From positions 29,499 to 93,498 of the IMG/VR virus record IMGVR_UViG_3300025030_000064: a stretch of 64,000 nucleotides of DNA. One strand, written 5' to 3'. Positions 21,401 through 30,341 of this stretch are shown one piece after another (the first letter of the stretch is position 1; every line of letters starts with the position of its first letter). The notes below the pieces were generated by a model. It was not told the origin of the DNA. It saw nothing but the letters and a program-made list of their open reading frames with translations, and searched no databases. This DNA comes from a virus. Made by a program: the position numbers and the translations under genes.

Positions 21401-24400
21401 CCATAATGATAAGACAAGTCAACTTACTATAAGACAAAGAAAGATTAGTAATCTTGTTTTCAGAAATAATAAATACAATATCTCAGACATAAGAGATAAT
21501 GATATTGCAAATATAGATTCGTTCAATGCTGATATTATAACTGCAGCAAATGATGGTATCAATAAGAGGGTAAGAGGACCAGTTCAGACAGCATTTAATA
21601 GAATAGCAAAAGCCAACAGAAAAATCTATTTAGGTACTGCAGATGTAAATAAAGAAGGTTTATATTTCGAAACAAGAAAACAAATCTCTAAGAGAGACGG
21701 TAAAGAATCAACTAACTTTATTTCCCTAACAAGTTTTGATGGAGAAGATATCTTTAATAAGTCAGACAATAAAGAAGGTTTATTGCCATTAAGAGATGTT
21801 GTGCAAACATTAATAGGTACAGATGAGAATGGAGTAAGTACTGTTAATGGTTCGATGGGTTTAAAAGAACAGGTAAGAAGTAACTTAGTTAAGAAAGCTT
21901 TTCATCCTAAAGACGATGCTAACCAAACAGAAGTAAGCAATATAAAAGAAGCGTTATCTAATAAGATAACTTCTAAGTTTAATGATGTGGTACCTACCTT
22001 TGTATTATTAGAAGAAGAGCAGGAACAGATTAGTCAGGAAGAAATATCTAAACCGGAAGTAACTTCAAATGTATTAATATCGATAAACAATATCCTATCA
22101 CAAAGCATTTCTGATAATGATAAGATATTAAAGCTATCAGACTTATTAATAGCTAATGAAGATTCTGCGGTAGTTATTGGAAAGTATATTGACATGCTAG
22201 AGAATAAGGCTAACGATTCTACTACCGATACAGAAGAGATAGATCCTAATGATATTATAGATAGAGATTATATACCTAAGAGAATAACTACTTCAAGAAC
22301 TGTTAATGCATCTCAGGTGTTTAATATTGCTAAGACATATATTAAAGACTTATCAAAAGAAGAAGTGGTAGTATTATCTGCTTTAGATTTTGAAGACCAG
22401 TTTGGTAAGATGCCAATAGGTAAGTTCGTTAATGGTATTATATATTTAAAAGAGAATAGTGATAATACCTTTGATAAGGAGACATTAAAGCATGAAGTAT
22501 TCCATAAGATATTTAATCAATATCTTACTCCGGAAGCAAAAAATGCTATCCTTACGGTAGTACGTTACTCTTCTGAATTCTCTTATGTGGCAGAGAATGA
22601 AAACAGGGATGTTCAATCTTATTCAGATATAGAACTTGAAGAGTATATAAGTTTATTATATCAGAAATATGACAGAGGAGAAAGAAAGACTTCTGACAAT
22701 CCTCTTATGCAATTTATCTATGACATCTTAGGGTGGTTATCTGACATTATAGACACCTTTTATAATACTATTAAGGGTAATGATAAGAATAGTCTTTATA
22801 AGTTATTCAGAGACATTAATAGTGGCAAGGTTAATACAAGGATGGTTAACAATGGAGAAGTAGGAAGAAGCAGTAATTTACTATTAGTGACAAAACATTT
22901 TCCTGCTAATACCGAAAGATCATTAGAGATGTATCAACAGGCAAAAGAATTTGTTAAAGGGTTACTATATAAATACTCTGTTCTTAATCTTGATAAACCA
23001 TATTCTTTTATTGATGAGGATGGAATATTACAATCTAATGATATAGGATTACATGAAGCATTAGAAAGTGTTAAATATCTTTCCAAAGCAAAAGCTAAAA
23101 AAGCAAAGGTTCAACCTTCTTCAGAAAATAAATTTCTTGAACATCTTACAATAGAAAAGAATGGAAGATATCCTGTAATCGAATGGGTAATGTCTGAAGT
23201 ATCTAATATAGATAAGGAGATGCTTTTAGAGATGAAGAAACTTAATGCAGAGAAGATAAGATCAGAAGTAGCAGATATAACATCAGCAACTCTTGATGAT
23301 GAGATAATGGATAATGCATTAAAGAATTGGGAGAAGAATATCTCCCAGGAACTAAAAGAGATGTTATCATTTATTAAAATAAATAGAATTAATTATAAAG
23401 GCATTTCATTAGGACTTGATAATAAGGGTGATTGGTATGATATTTTACTTGATGGAAATATTATTGGAGAATATAAGTTATATTTAGCTAAAGGGAATGA
23501 TGATAATTATTCAATATCTATTAAAATAAATGAAAAATATCAAAATAAAGGTTATGGTCAAATTGTACATATTTTAGTAGCAGATAAAATTAGCATAAAA
23601 TATAATAAATCTCTTTATTCAGATTGGACCAATAGCATAAAAGAAATAAATGCATTAAATGCTTTAATTAAAAAAAGATATGCAGAAAAAATATCTGATT
23701 ATGGTGAATTAAAGGATGGTGTATATAGTTCAGATAAAAGATCTGTAAGAATAAAAACAAGTTTAGAATTATCTAAATTTATTAATTCACGTAGAGCATT
23801 TATCCTTGTTCTTAATAATCTTAGAAAACTTGATTTTAGAACATACAATAAAGACTGGACAACTATTCTTCAACAGATAACAGAGGCTAAAGAAGGAATG
23901 GTAGAAGGTAGTTACGACTATGTTGCTATGTCAGCTATAGAAGACTTAATTAAAAAGGCTAATGAGTTATATAAGCTAGGAGATAGGTCTTACTCATGGG
24001 TTGATGGATTCTCTATTATAGGTAATAACGCTTATGTAGATGGTAAGGTTATAGAAAAAGGTCTTAATAGTAAACAATGGTTTGAAGATATTCTAAAGGC
24101 GATAAAGAAAAGTGATAACGTAATGTCTGGATTAAAAGAATTTGTTACTAAACCAACAGATAATTTTATAGTAGGATATATTTCCAGATATTACAGAAAA
24201 GCACAAGCTGAAGATATAGTAGGTAAACTTTATCATCAACTGTATTCTTTAGTAGAGAATAATCCTTATACCTTATTAGAATCTCTAAAGTCATATGATG
24301 GTAATGTAACAGGAGATATAAAGTTAGTAAGAAGAAATCCTAATGGCATCTTAGATGCTACTATGATGGATATATGGAGTGCATTATATAATCTTCATGT

Positions 24401-27400
24401 AAGCGCCAAGAATAATGATAAAGCAGTTAAATCAAAATATGATGAGATTGTTAATATTATTGTTAATAAGAAGTACGGTAAAGCATATAAGAAAAAAGGT
24501 GGTGGTCTTAATGCAGAAGGATTAAAACATGTATTTAATCTTATGAATTATCCTTTTGATGCTACAGGATATAAAGAAACAGAATTAACTTCTATAATCA
24601 CTCAATTAGGTCATATCTTTAATTATGATTCATCAACGATTATGAATGATGATTTTGATGTAGCCTTATCAAATAGTTCAAATAGGATCAGAAATATTGC
24701 TTCTATCTTAATAAAGAATTCAGAGTTAGTAAGAGCACAGAACTATCTTAACTTTGAAGGAAAGAAGATATACCTTAACGTATCAGGTTCATGGTTTTTC
24801 GATGTCATGACAAGTATATTAAAAGGATATAATAGCAGACCTGATTACCTGAAAGCTGATAACTATATTACAAGAAATAATATCTTTGATCAGAAGTCAA
24901 AGAATCCTATTAATACGATATATGAGTATAATAATGTAGATGGTTATACTAATACTGATAAAGACTATAGTATAGGGATAAATAAATATACTGACAGGAC
25001 ATATCATTTAACCAGGTTCCTTGGTAATTTCATCTCTACAGTATCGTTACAGAATGATCAAACCAACTTAACTTACTTTCAGAGCACCCAGACACAGGCT
25101 GACCGTAAAGATATGGCCGCTGTACGAGTTAATATATTAAGTAAATATGATTTATTAAAAGGCATTAAAAAGGCAACTGAATTTGAATCAGAAAGAGATA
25201 AAGTTCTTAAAGACACAAGAACAAATGCAAATAACTTATCTGCTAAAAAATTCAATCAGTCTCCTGACGATATTTATAAAAGGTTAGAGAAAGAAGCGGA
25301 AGAAGATTTTAATGAATTTATGGAGTCTATTTCTTATACTAATAAGCAAGGTAAGGAAGTAGATGAATTGTATAAATGGGAAGGAAAGATTAATACTGCA
25401 TTTAATAAAGTGTTTGGTAGTGATTATAAGGGAATAGAAAACCTTACTTTAAAAGATAAGGCTAAACTATTATTTAATACTTTCTCATTAAATAACTATG
25501 TTAACGGTTTTCATCTTGACATGTTGCTTACTGGTGATCCTGCATTATTAGGAAAGTCAGGTAACCTCGTTAAGAGGATGAAGATGTTAAAGGCTTCTGG
25601 AAACAAGATGATGATAGGTAAAGATTATGCTAGTCCTACATCAGACTATGTAGTATTTAACGACCATGAAGAGTTCTATACTCAGTTAAGAGATATAGAT
25701 AAAAGCTTTGGTGGATTATATGATAAGAAGATAGATACTACAGATGGAGTTACCTTCGTTCTTCCTGAGACCATGGATGAAATACGCAAAGGAACCAGAG
25801 ATGAGAGTATCGGACCACTATTAAAGAACGTGATAGCTTATGTAGATAATAATGGAATACCTTATTATATAAAGACTGCTACAGTAGAGTTGACAGATGC
25901 ATTAGTGACTATGATGCCTGAGTTAAATAAACAAAGGGATATAATGCGTAATGCTGGTATTAAACATTTAATAGCTAAGTCGTCAATGAAGATGGCAATG
26001 CCTATAAAAGAAGATATAGTAAATTGGGGAGATAATATATTAGATAACCATAAAAGAGTATTAGATAATCAATATTACAGAGTACAGTCTAATCCATTAT
26101 CAGAAGCAGAGTATATTACTAATCCTTCACAGATGATGTATTGGCTTAACACTAATGGATTATCAAATGATGAAGCAGCAATAGCATATCAGGCTGATGC
26201 AGATATAATGAGTTTACAATGGAAAGTATATAATGCAAAGAGAAAGATTATAGATGAGAATGGTATTGTCAATGAGGATAATCTAAGAAAAGCTATTATA
26301 GCTAACTTGGGGCCGGATAATGAAAAGATAACAGATATGTTATTTAATGGTTTATCTTTAAACTATCCTGCTATAACAGGTAAGATGACTATACAGATAG
26401 CTTCTATATTATCTAAACAGAGATCAACAATTAAACATTCCGGAAATAAGTTTGTTCTTGCTCCAGCTATAGGAAACTATGTATATCAAATAGGTGATGA
26501 AGTATTATCTTATGATAAGTTAAAAGATAAGAGTACTGCAGATATGTTTTTTGAGATACCATCTTTTCAAGTAAGAAATGCACTTATTGATACAGTAGAT
26601 TTACTTACAAGACCCGAAGGAAAAGAATGGGTTGGTAAATATCTTAATGAGTTTGATTGGGTAAAAGACTTATCTGAAGAGAATAGAAAAATATTTGATG
26701 AGCACTTGGCACATTATAAAGATGGCAAGATGCTTATACCACGTAAACTTAGGATGAGAGATAGTAAAGGATTTACTGAGGTTATCATGCCAAGAGAATT
26801 TGCACAGAAATATGATCTTAAGACAGGAGAAAAAGTTATTCTTAATGCTAAGATAAGTAAGTTACTTGCAGAGGCTATTGGTGTTCGTATTCCAACAACA
26901 GGAATACATTCTACCATTGCTATTAAGGTAATAGGTATCAATGAAAGCACAAATAGAATTATTGCTCCTGATGAATTGGTAGCTATTCACGGATCTGACT
27001 TTGACGTTGACTCACTCTTTATTATGAAGAGAGAAGTAGATGAGTTAGGTTATCCTATTGGATATACTAAAGAAGGTGTATGGAATGAAGCTTATGAGAT
27101 AGAAGTTAATGCTATGGAAGAAGGTAAGGATAAATGGAAACTACAGATAGCATTGGCAAAGAATAAAAAATTTGATGCTATACAGAATGTTCTTACTAAA
27201 GAAGAGAATAGAGAAGATATGAATAAACCTATCTCTCTTGATCCGATAAAGAATGATATATTTAAAGGTATATCGAAGAATGATTATCAGCAATGGTTAG
27301 AAATGCTTAATGATACTATTGAAAACTTTAAAGAATTCTTTAATGAACAGTTAGAACAAAATGTATCTATTGAAATAAGAGAACAGTTACCTACCCTATT

Positions 27401-30332
27401 TGATAATAAGGGTAAAGTTCATAATGTAGATTATGATGCATTATATGAAGGTATAAAGAACGATAAGCTTGTACTGTCTGATGAGATCATAGAACAGATG
27501 ATGAAGTCTGACGTAGGAGTAGTGACTGTCCTTAAAGCTGCAAAAGGAAAATATGACATACAAGAGAATAGGGATATGAATAGATATTCCTCACAGTGGA
27601 AGAGTCATAAAGAGAATATGGATGGAAAAGAAGGAGTAGGTATCCAGGCAGCTATAATGAGAAACTTTGCTTATGCTATATATGCTAATGAAGGAAACAA
27701 CATAGCTATTACTAAAGGTAATAAAGGAGCAAGTAAATCATTTACTGTAATGGGAAAAACTTATGGTCCTATTAAAGGTGGAAGTAAGGTTTTTGATAAT
27801 GGTGATACTCTTATTAATAGTTATGTAGATAACTCAAAGGAACAGACTACTGAATATCTTAATGCTACAGGAGTAACGATGAATTATATTGCTGCAAATG
27901 TTCAGAAAGAGATGGGATTAAAAGATGTGTCATTCCTTACTAATCAACCTATCTTAAGAACTATTGGTGCTATATCATTATATACTGATGCTGCAATAAA
28001 GAGATATGTAAAACAGATAGACGATATCACAGGAGAGGTATCAGATGGTGAACTTTCATTTAAAGAACTATTAGAAGGAATAAGAGATACACGTACTGTT
28101 GATCAGATGATAAAAGCAAAAGATAAGAATGCTCTTACCACACAGAGAAAAGTATTACGTCTTTTTATAAGCAACAAACAAGATGTTGGTACTCTTAGAA
28201 AGATAGGTAATGTTCTTAGTTCATTAAGAGAAGTTCCAGTATCTTTTACAGAGATACAAGACTTATTGAATGATGCTATTTATATCAATGGAGATAACTC
28301 TTCAGTAAAGACAAAGAATAAGATTACTGACATTCCACATATTAAAGAATCAGTAGAAACAGTAAGTCTTGCACAGAAGATACTATCTCAGGTAATGGGT
28401 AAGTATAATCCTAAAGTTACTGCTATAGTAAATGAGGCTATGGCTGTTGGTGGACTTGATGAAGATATGTTAGAGGAACAGTCAGGAATAAGTCAGCAAG
28501 AGGAATATGTCAGAAATGAGTTTGAAGGATTTGTGATGTCCTCTATCTTAGAAAGACTAGAAAAAGATGGTGAGATAGAGAGGTTAGATAAGATAGGGAT
28601 AAGTTATAATGGTAAACTTGTCAATAGTAACGAGGTAAAGGCACTAGATAATAACATAACTTTCCTATCTAATAATGAGATAATGATACAAGAACAGATA
28701 GATAAGATAAAAGAGATATTGAAAGATAATACAGTAAGACAAAATAATATCTTTCTTATGATGTTCAATATATCTATTAGTTCTAAGCCTTGGAATAAAG
28801 GAGTACAGTCATTAAGATACGATGCTGGTACTTCATTAGATCCTGATTTTGATATAGCATTACAGAAAGGATTCATGGCTTTACCTGATGACTATAAGAA
28901 AGCATTTAGATTATATGATCTTCTTGTTAACAAGTCAAGGTTTGGCTTTAAAGGTTATTCTACAGTAGTTCCTGTAATAGGAGATGAGATAGGAGATGCT
29001 AAGACAACGAGTAAATGGGATAATCTTAAATACTTTGATACTTTATACAATGAGAAATTAAAGAGCATACTTGCATTAGAAGATATGTCTGCTATAACAA
29101 GTAACTTTATCCATCAACATATCTTTAATAATTCAGATAAGTTATTTAATGACCTTGCTAATGGATTAGAGGTAAAAGAAAAGGAAAATATTCTGACTGG
29201 CATGGGGAATATCTCTAAAGATGTATATGACTTATATGAAGTGTTAAATGGAGAAAGGTCATTATATGCTAAAAAGAATGACAGTATTTATGAATCACAA
29301 GGAATATACACTACTAATGAAAAGGTTTATACTATCTATAAGATGGTAGGAAAGAGAAATAAGATAGGAACCTATACTTATAATAGTGCATTTGAAACAG
29401 AGAAGTATGTCCCTGGAGAAATCGATACTGTTCTTATACCTAAAATATTCAATAAACTTAAAGAAGGAAGTATAAGAGAAACTAATTCATATTCTTATAC
29501 TAAAAAAGAAGGTATTAATCCAGCTAAGACAATTTCAGAGAACGAAAGAGTAGTAGCTAATTCCATTACCGGAGAGAAGATGAAGATAACCTATGAGAGA
29601 AAGGTAGTTGTTAATGATAATGAGGTTAAAGTAACAGAGGTATATACTAATCCAAGAATACAGTATCAATATGTTGCTGACGAAATACCTTATACAGACA
29701 TACAAATAATTGAGTTGTTAGAACTATTATCTGACAAGTATGGTAATATAGAAACAAGCTCAGATAAGTTCGTAGAAGTACTTAATAAGACTTTAGGATA
29801 TAGTGTGCCAAGGAATAACTATCCTGCAGCTTTTATCTATAGAAATAAGGTTTATATTAACACTACTGGATATGGTAAGAAGATAAGTCTTGATACACCT
29901 ATTCATGAGATAGCACATATCTATATTAATGATCTTAAAGAATCCAATCCTCAACTATACAGAGAACTTGTAAAAGAGTTAAAGAATAGTAATGAAGGTA
30001 ATGCTATTATAGAAAAGATAAGAGTAGCCAGAGAGTCTAACGAAGAGTTTAGAAACAGTGTAGGATTAGAGAGAGATATAATAGAAGAGGCTGTAGTTAC
30101 TTATATCGGAAGGATAGGGGCCAAGATAATTAATGGTACCGTAACGAAAGTAGAACAGTCTTTATGGGATAAGATAATGGCATTTATAAAAGCTTTTTTT
30201 AGTATTAATAAAAACAACTTAACTTTACAGAATATAGCAAAAGACATTCTTGATCCTAATAAAAAGATAAGATTGTATTTATCAAAAGAAGAAAGAGAAA
30301 GTATCATGGAAGAATTCAAACATTGTTTTTAA
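15465..30332 (+). CDS. Giant virion RNA polymerase polyprotein with SF1-helicase-like, zincin and GNAT-like domains
   Basis: GSDFDVD (26997-27011) and GVRIP crAss RNAP motifs; Walker A GIGGTGKS, VIDE, GDQNQL; HEVFH (22491-22505) and HEIAH (29904-29918). Confidence 0.85.
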   Translation: MRKDLYQSILNAQKNNVDTESGIPTQSRRVYGRSFVGDLVGKSQYDKGFISQDWYETTPSDINEYRGQNQPWYDQLGNAGMRTLSELSVGTIKGMTDIPDMLKMLFSEDGMADVATKEFQNEISRSLGETEEQVNEAFPIYRTQHNKGFSPLHFSWWMEGVPSAASTASMFIPIFGSGKIASMIGRYGTKMFTGIKMAKNAEAILSTFVGTTFGNQIETYQQWQPQAIELRDKMIQNGMSEEEADVKIKEEGWKNLVGNLANIPLDMIGAYHMFKPIGGISPLKKDFWKMSGSGPRTIYEKPSVLGTVRKEMIPEAIQESNNYYNQERANRNVDISLGLSTKDYTLSEAMTDPEFWTATAYGGLGSLAFTGASNIGRQVSDNASYLMDSEKMKELSKEQKAKGLNIFSNVGKAFITGETSTETSIYQKQQEILKPIMDNIIKLSDIKNVADMTGDMAVYDQSRAALETEHVLLHMHRGTFGKYMENVDKMQSVLNEQEDYVKKQLEQTPDDVNLQQYLNNIKETKQLVDKSKPELLLKEQDFISAINNHNINDSSRIGEFVRTKSEIRQVKKDMNDALGHANAIYDYDDTTKYLVGTTERMREIQNEIEGLQKKVEESTKSVLTFFDKKKIRSLQDKLSNLGKKKDGTFDVNIKEDELRVLAKKTLKLLSLEDNVKDIINGKASEKIGIEDQILKEKKHEGLKNYMFGNTTNKGIYDKVEEQYNEERLINMQPLNDKIIENQLENGITIKDISSQAVANNATVSESAKTSLRDKITNDVDAAVNSVLPLLPNETLEGLKSALRDKETLESVMQDEFSNSIPNASKIIKTLSPFIGYKQTIEKINSLDSKEKEIRSEEDILTDILKSDISAIKSIVSNIENDSNNADESLLRTVHNNLVNIHNFLINDKRYEDVDKTKLIESVEKLEKKIEGLFQEMNKRRDNEEARQIEAYNSWMRSISSGLKELGLKEVTNTKELYEALESLKKDDKLKSDLEIWLKEGLSELNKLSGLEGTKDMVNLDAFINSSKLLGGNPVIAETSSFAKYKISLNVNDIDVSEFPDRTIQQRQQAAEIINQYKKVKGLQVLSGMVNSTITIKDVVSDINKWLDKNPSVAPFTEQDVVIRTALLYLFNEDIDIVNLQGIGGTGKSKLVTKIVSDIFRERNGNESVVAFGEGFRANEIINESLFGDQGKDLLSFNRDGSLKDEKAFEEAIRGKKLLVIDEIGRLNKEKYITISRLLLKIQRENKGFKILLTGDQNQLSGHKFPTMRIDNPGFDLTKYIIQLPALAIPQRTNNTEVQRLQDVFNGAGGRNVFEDTLNYMHDSRDTNGVAHVTGPLEFENTIASKTLLDDKKKRAIITTDDKVQYYKGKFPTTEVLTVGEVEGNKTGNAHGVEYNEVFVDVEYSAKYMMGVASYDKVNTMMYQTLSRATDYIMVLSDSWKGSDSITSIDNSSIAEEKKKKFAANRIAYETWIKEELSEMSDGKEEFVKQEETGVVIPEEEIIVDIIDEEDREDGDVLVEQPIAEEEKNEVENTDALSLHKQVLHGTEYKYEGVSAVEEGSIVESYYRSNAENDGIHKVYVYKKVDDNYVEVLTKNATISKEEAKKQGFFILPKEARVTPQGKSISTARVTYKHKLSLNYSKEGLPLNDTTVKKNEKIVKTRLNAKKIIGSDIITVDNKFIEKNTKSDKNPNAIIPNGFTLDKGKIYQIVTYDTKADKRKYAFIPMDTNKMSLDSVEVDMHGNVTEGSLSVLSNFANTISDFENQIEQLTGLEIVYGSNNPTEEKIGDSFIPEGRVFMDILDNTSIKEDGTIILKSKLKSSNAVIEELNKLDVEIKKDIVSQINDIRNSLYERKKETLVNIENAKKVDGSDNKYLVQGDSTRKPLGHNWRLIEGVTSLGHVSEDVFKDYSIVEVGKKDKHYELRRTFEFEGTEPLKGTPILYHVLIAQNLSSNAGVLEFDGKPEIEIFLVADTKDGVSEYHNDKTSQLTIRQRKISNLVFRNNKYNISDIRDNDIANIDSFNADIITAANDGINKRVRGPVQTAFNRIAKANRKIYLGTADVNKEGLYFETRKQISKRDGKESTNFISLTSFDGEDIFNKSDNKEGLLPLRDVVQTLIGTDENGVSTVNGSMGLKEQVRSNLVKKAFHPKDDANQTEVSNIKEALSNKITSKFNDVVPTFVLLEEEQEQISQEEISKPEVTSNVLISINNILSQSISDNDKILKLSDLLIANEDSAVVIGKYIDMLENKANDSTTDTEEIDPNDIIDRDYIPKRITTSRTVNASQVFNIAKTYIKDLSKEEVVVLSALDFEDQFGKMPIGKFVNGIIYLKENSDNTFDKETLKHEVFHKIFNQYLTPEAKNAILTVVRYSSEFSYVAENENRDVQSYSDIELEEYISLLYQKYDRGERKTSDNPLMQFIYDILGWLSDIIDTFYNTIKGNDKNSLYKLFRDINSGKVNTRMVNNGEVGRSSNLLLVTKHFPANTERSLEMYQQAKEFVKGLLYKYSVLNLDKPYSFIDEDGILQSNDIGLHEALESVKYLSKAKAKKAKVQPSSENKFLEHLTIEKNGRYPVIEWVMSEVSNIDKEMLLEMKKLNAEKIRSEVADITSATLDDEIMDNALKNWEKNISQELKEMLSFIKINRINYKGISLGLDNKGDWYDILLDGNIIGEYKLYLAKGNDDNYSISIKINEKYQNKGYGQIVHILVADKISIKYNKSLYSDWTNSIKEINALNALIKKRYAEKISDYGELKDGVYSSDKRSVRIKTSLELSKFINSRRAFILVLNNLRKLDFRTYNKDWTTILQQITEAKEGMVEGSYDYVAMSAIEDLIKKANELYKLGDRSYSWVDGFSIIGNNAYVDGKVIEKGLNSKQWFEDILKAIKKSDNVMSGLKEFVTKPTDNFIVGYISRYYRKAQAEDIVGKLYHQLYSLVENNPYTLLESLKSYDGNVTGDIKLVRRNPNGILDATMMDIWSALYNLHVSAKNNDKAVKSKYDEIVNIIVNKKYGKAYKKKGGGLNAEGLKHVFNLMNYPFDATGYKETELTSIITQLGHIFNYDSSTIMNDDFDVALSNSSNRIRNIASILIKNSELVRAQNYLNFEGKKIYLNVSGSWFFDVMTSILKGYNSRPDYLKADNYITRNNIFDQKSKNPINTIYEYNNVDGYTNTDKDYSIGINKYTDRTYHLTRFLGNFISTVSLQNDQTNLTYFQSTQTQADRKDMAAVRVNILSKYDLLKGIKKATEFESERDKVLKDTRTNANNLSAKKFNQSPDDIYKRLEKEAEEDFNEFMESISYTNKQGKEVDELYKWEGKINTAFNKVFGSDYKGIENLTLKDKAKLLFNTFSLNNYVNGFHLDMLLTGDPALLGKSGNLVKRMKMLKASGNKMMIGKDYASPTSDYVVFNDHEEFYTQLRDIDKSFGGLYDKKIDTTDGVTFVLPETMDEIRKGTRDESIGPLLKNVIAYVDNNGIPYYIKTATVELTDALVTMMPELNKQRDIMRNAGIKHLIAKSSMKMAMPIKEDIVNWGDNILDNHKRVLDNQYYRVQSNPLSEAEYITNPSQMMYWLNTNGLSNDEAAIAYQADADIMSLQWKVYNAKRKIIDENGIVNEDNLRKAIIANLGPDNEKITDMLFNGLSLNYPAITGKMTIQIASILSKQRSTIKHSGNKFVLAPAIGNYVYQIGDEVLSYDKLKDKSTADMFFEIPSFQVRNALIDTVDLLTRPEGKEWVGKYLNEFDWVKDLSEENRKIFDEHLAHYKDGKMLIPRKLRMRDSKGFTEVIMPREFAQKYDLKTGEKVILNAKISKLLAEAIGVRIPTTGIHSTIAIKVIGINESTNRIIAPDELVAIHGSDFDVDSLFIMKREVDELGYPIGYTKEGVWNEAYEIEVNAMEEGKDKWKLQIALAKNKKFDAIQNVLTKEENREDMNKPISLDPIKNDIFKGISKNDYQQWLEMLNDTIENFKEFFNEQLEQNVSIEIREQLPTLFDNKGKVHNVDYDALYEGIKNDKLVLSDEIIEQMMKSDVGVVTVLKAAKGKYDIQENRDMNRYSSQWKSHKENMDGKEGVGIQAAIMRNFAYAIYANEGNNIAITKGNKGASKSFTVMGKTYGPIKGGSKVFDNGDTLINSYVDNSKEQTTEYLNATGVTMNYIAANVQKEMGLKDVSFLTNQPILRTIGAISLYTDAAIKRYVKQIDDITGEVSDGELSFKELLEGIRDTRTVDQMIKAKDKNALTTQRKVLRLFISNKQDVGTLRKIGNVLSSLREVPVSFTEIQDLLNDAIYINGDNSSVKTKNKITDIPHIKESVETVSLAQKILSQVMGKYNPKVTAIVNEAMAVGGLDEDMLEEQSGISQQEEYVRNEFEGFVMSSILERLEKDGEIERLDKIGISYNGKLVNSNEVKALDNNITFLSNNEIMIQEQIDKIKEILKDNTVRQNNIFLMMFNISISSKPWNKGVQSLRYDAGTSLDPDFDIALQKGFMALPDDYKKAFRLYDLLVNKSRFGFKGYSTVVPVIGDEIGDAKTTSKWDNLKYFDTLYNEKLKSILALEDMSAITSNFIHQHIFNNSDKLFNDLANGLEVKEKENILTGMGNISKDVYDLYEVLNGERSLYAKKNDSIYESQGIYTTNEKVYTIYKMVGKRNKIGTYTYNSAFETEKYVPGEIDTVLIPKIFNKLKEGSIRETNSYSYTKKEGINPAKTISENERVVANSITGEKMKITYERKVVVNDNEVKVTEVYTNPRIQYQYVADEIPYTDIQIIELLELLSDKYGNIETSSDKFVEVLNKTLGYSVPRNNYPAAFIYRNKVYINTTGYGKKISLDTPIHEIAHIYINDLKESNPQLYRELVKELKNSNEGNAIIEKIRVARESNEEFRNSVGLERDIIEEAVVTYIGRIGAKIINGTVTKVEQSLWDKIMAFIKAFFSINKNNLTLQNIAKDILDPNKKIRLYLSKEERESIMEEFKHCF

Positions 30333-30341
30333 TTAAGTCAT

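Noticed and set aside
2233-30319. Minus-strand ORFs overlapping the late genes, and plus-strand ORFs in the early region
   Set aside because: They are antisense shadows of longer genes with no recognisable motifs.
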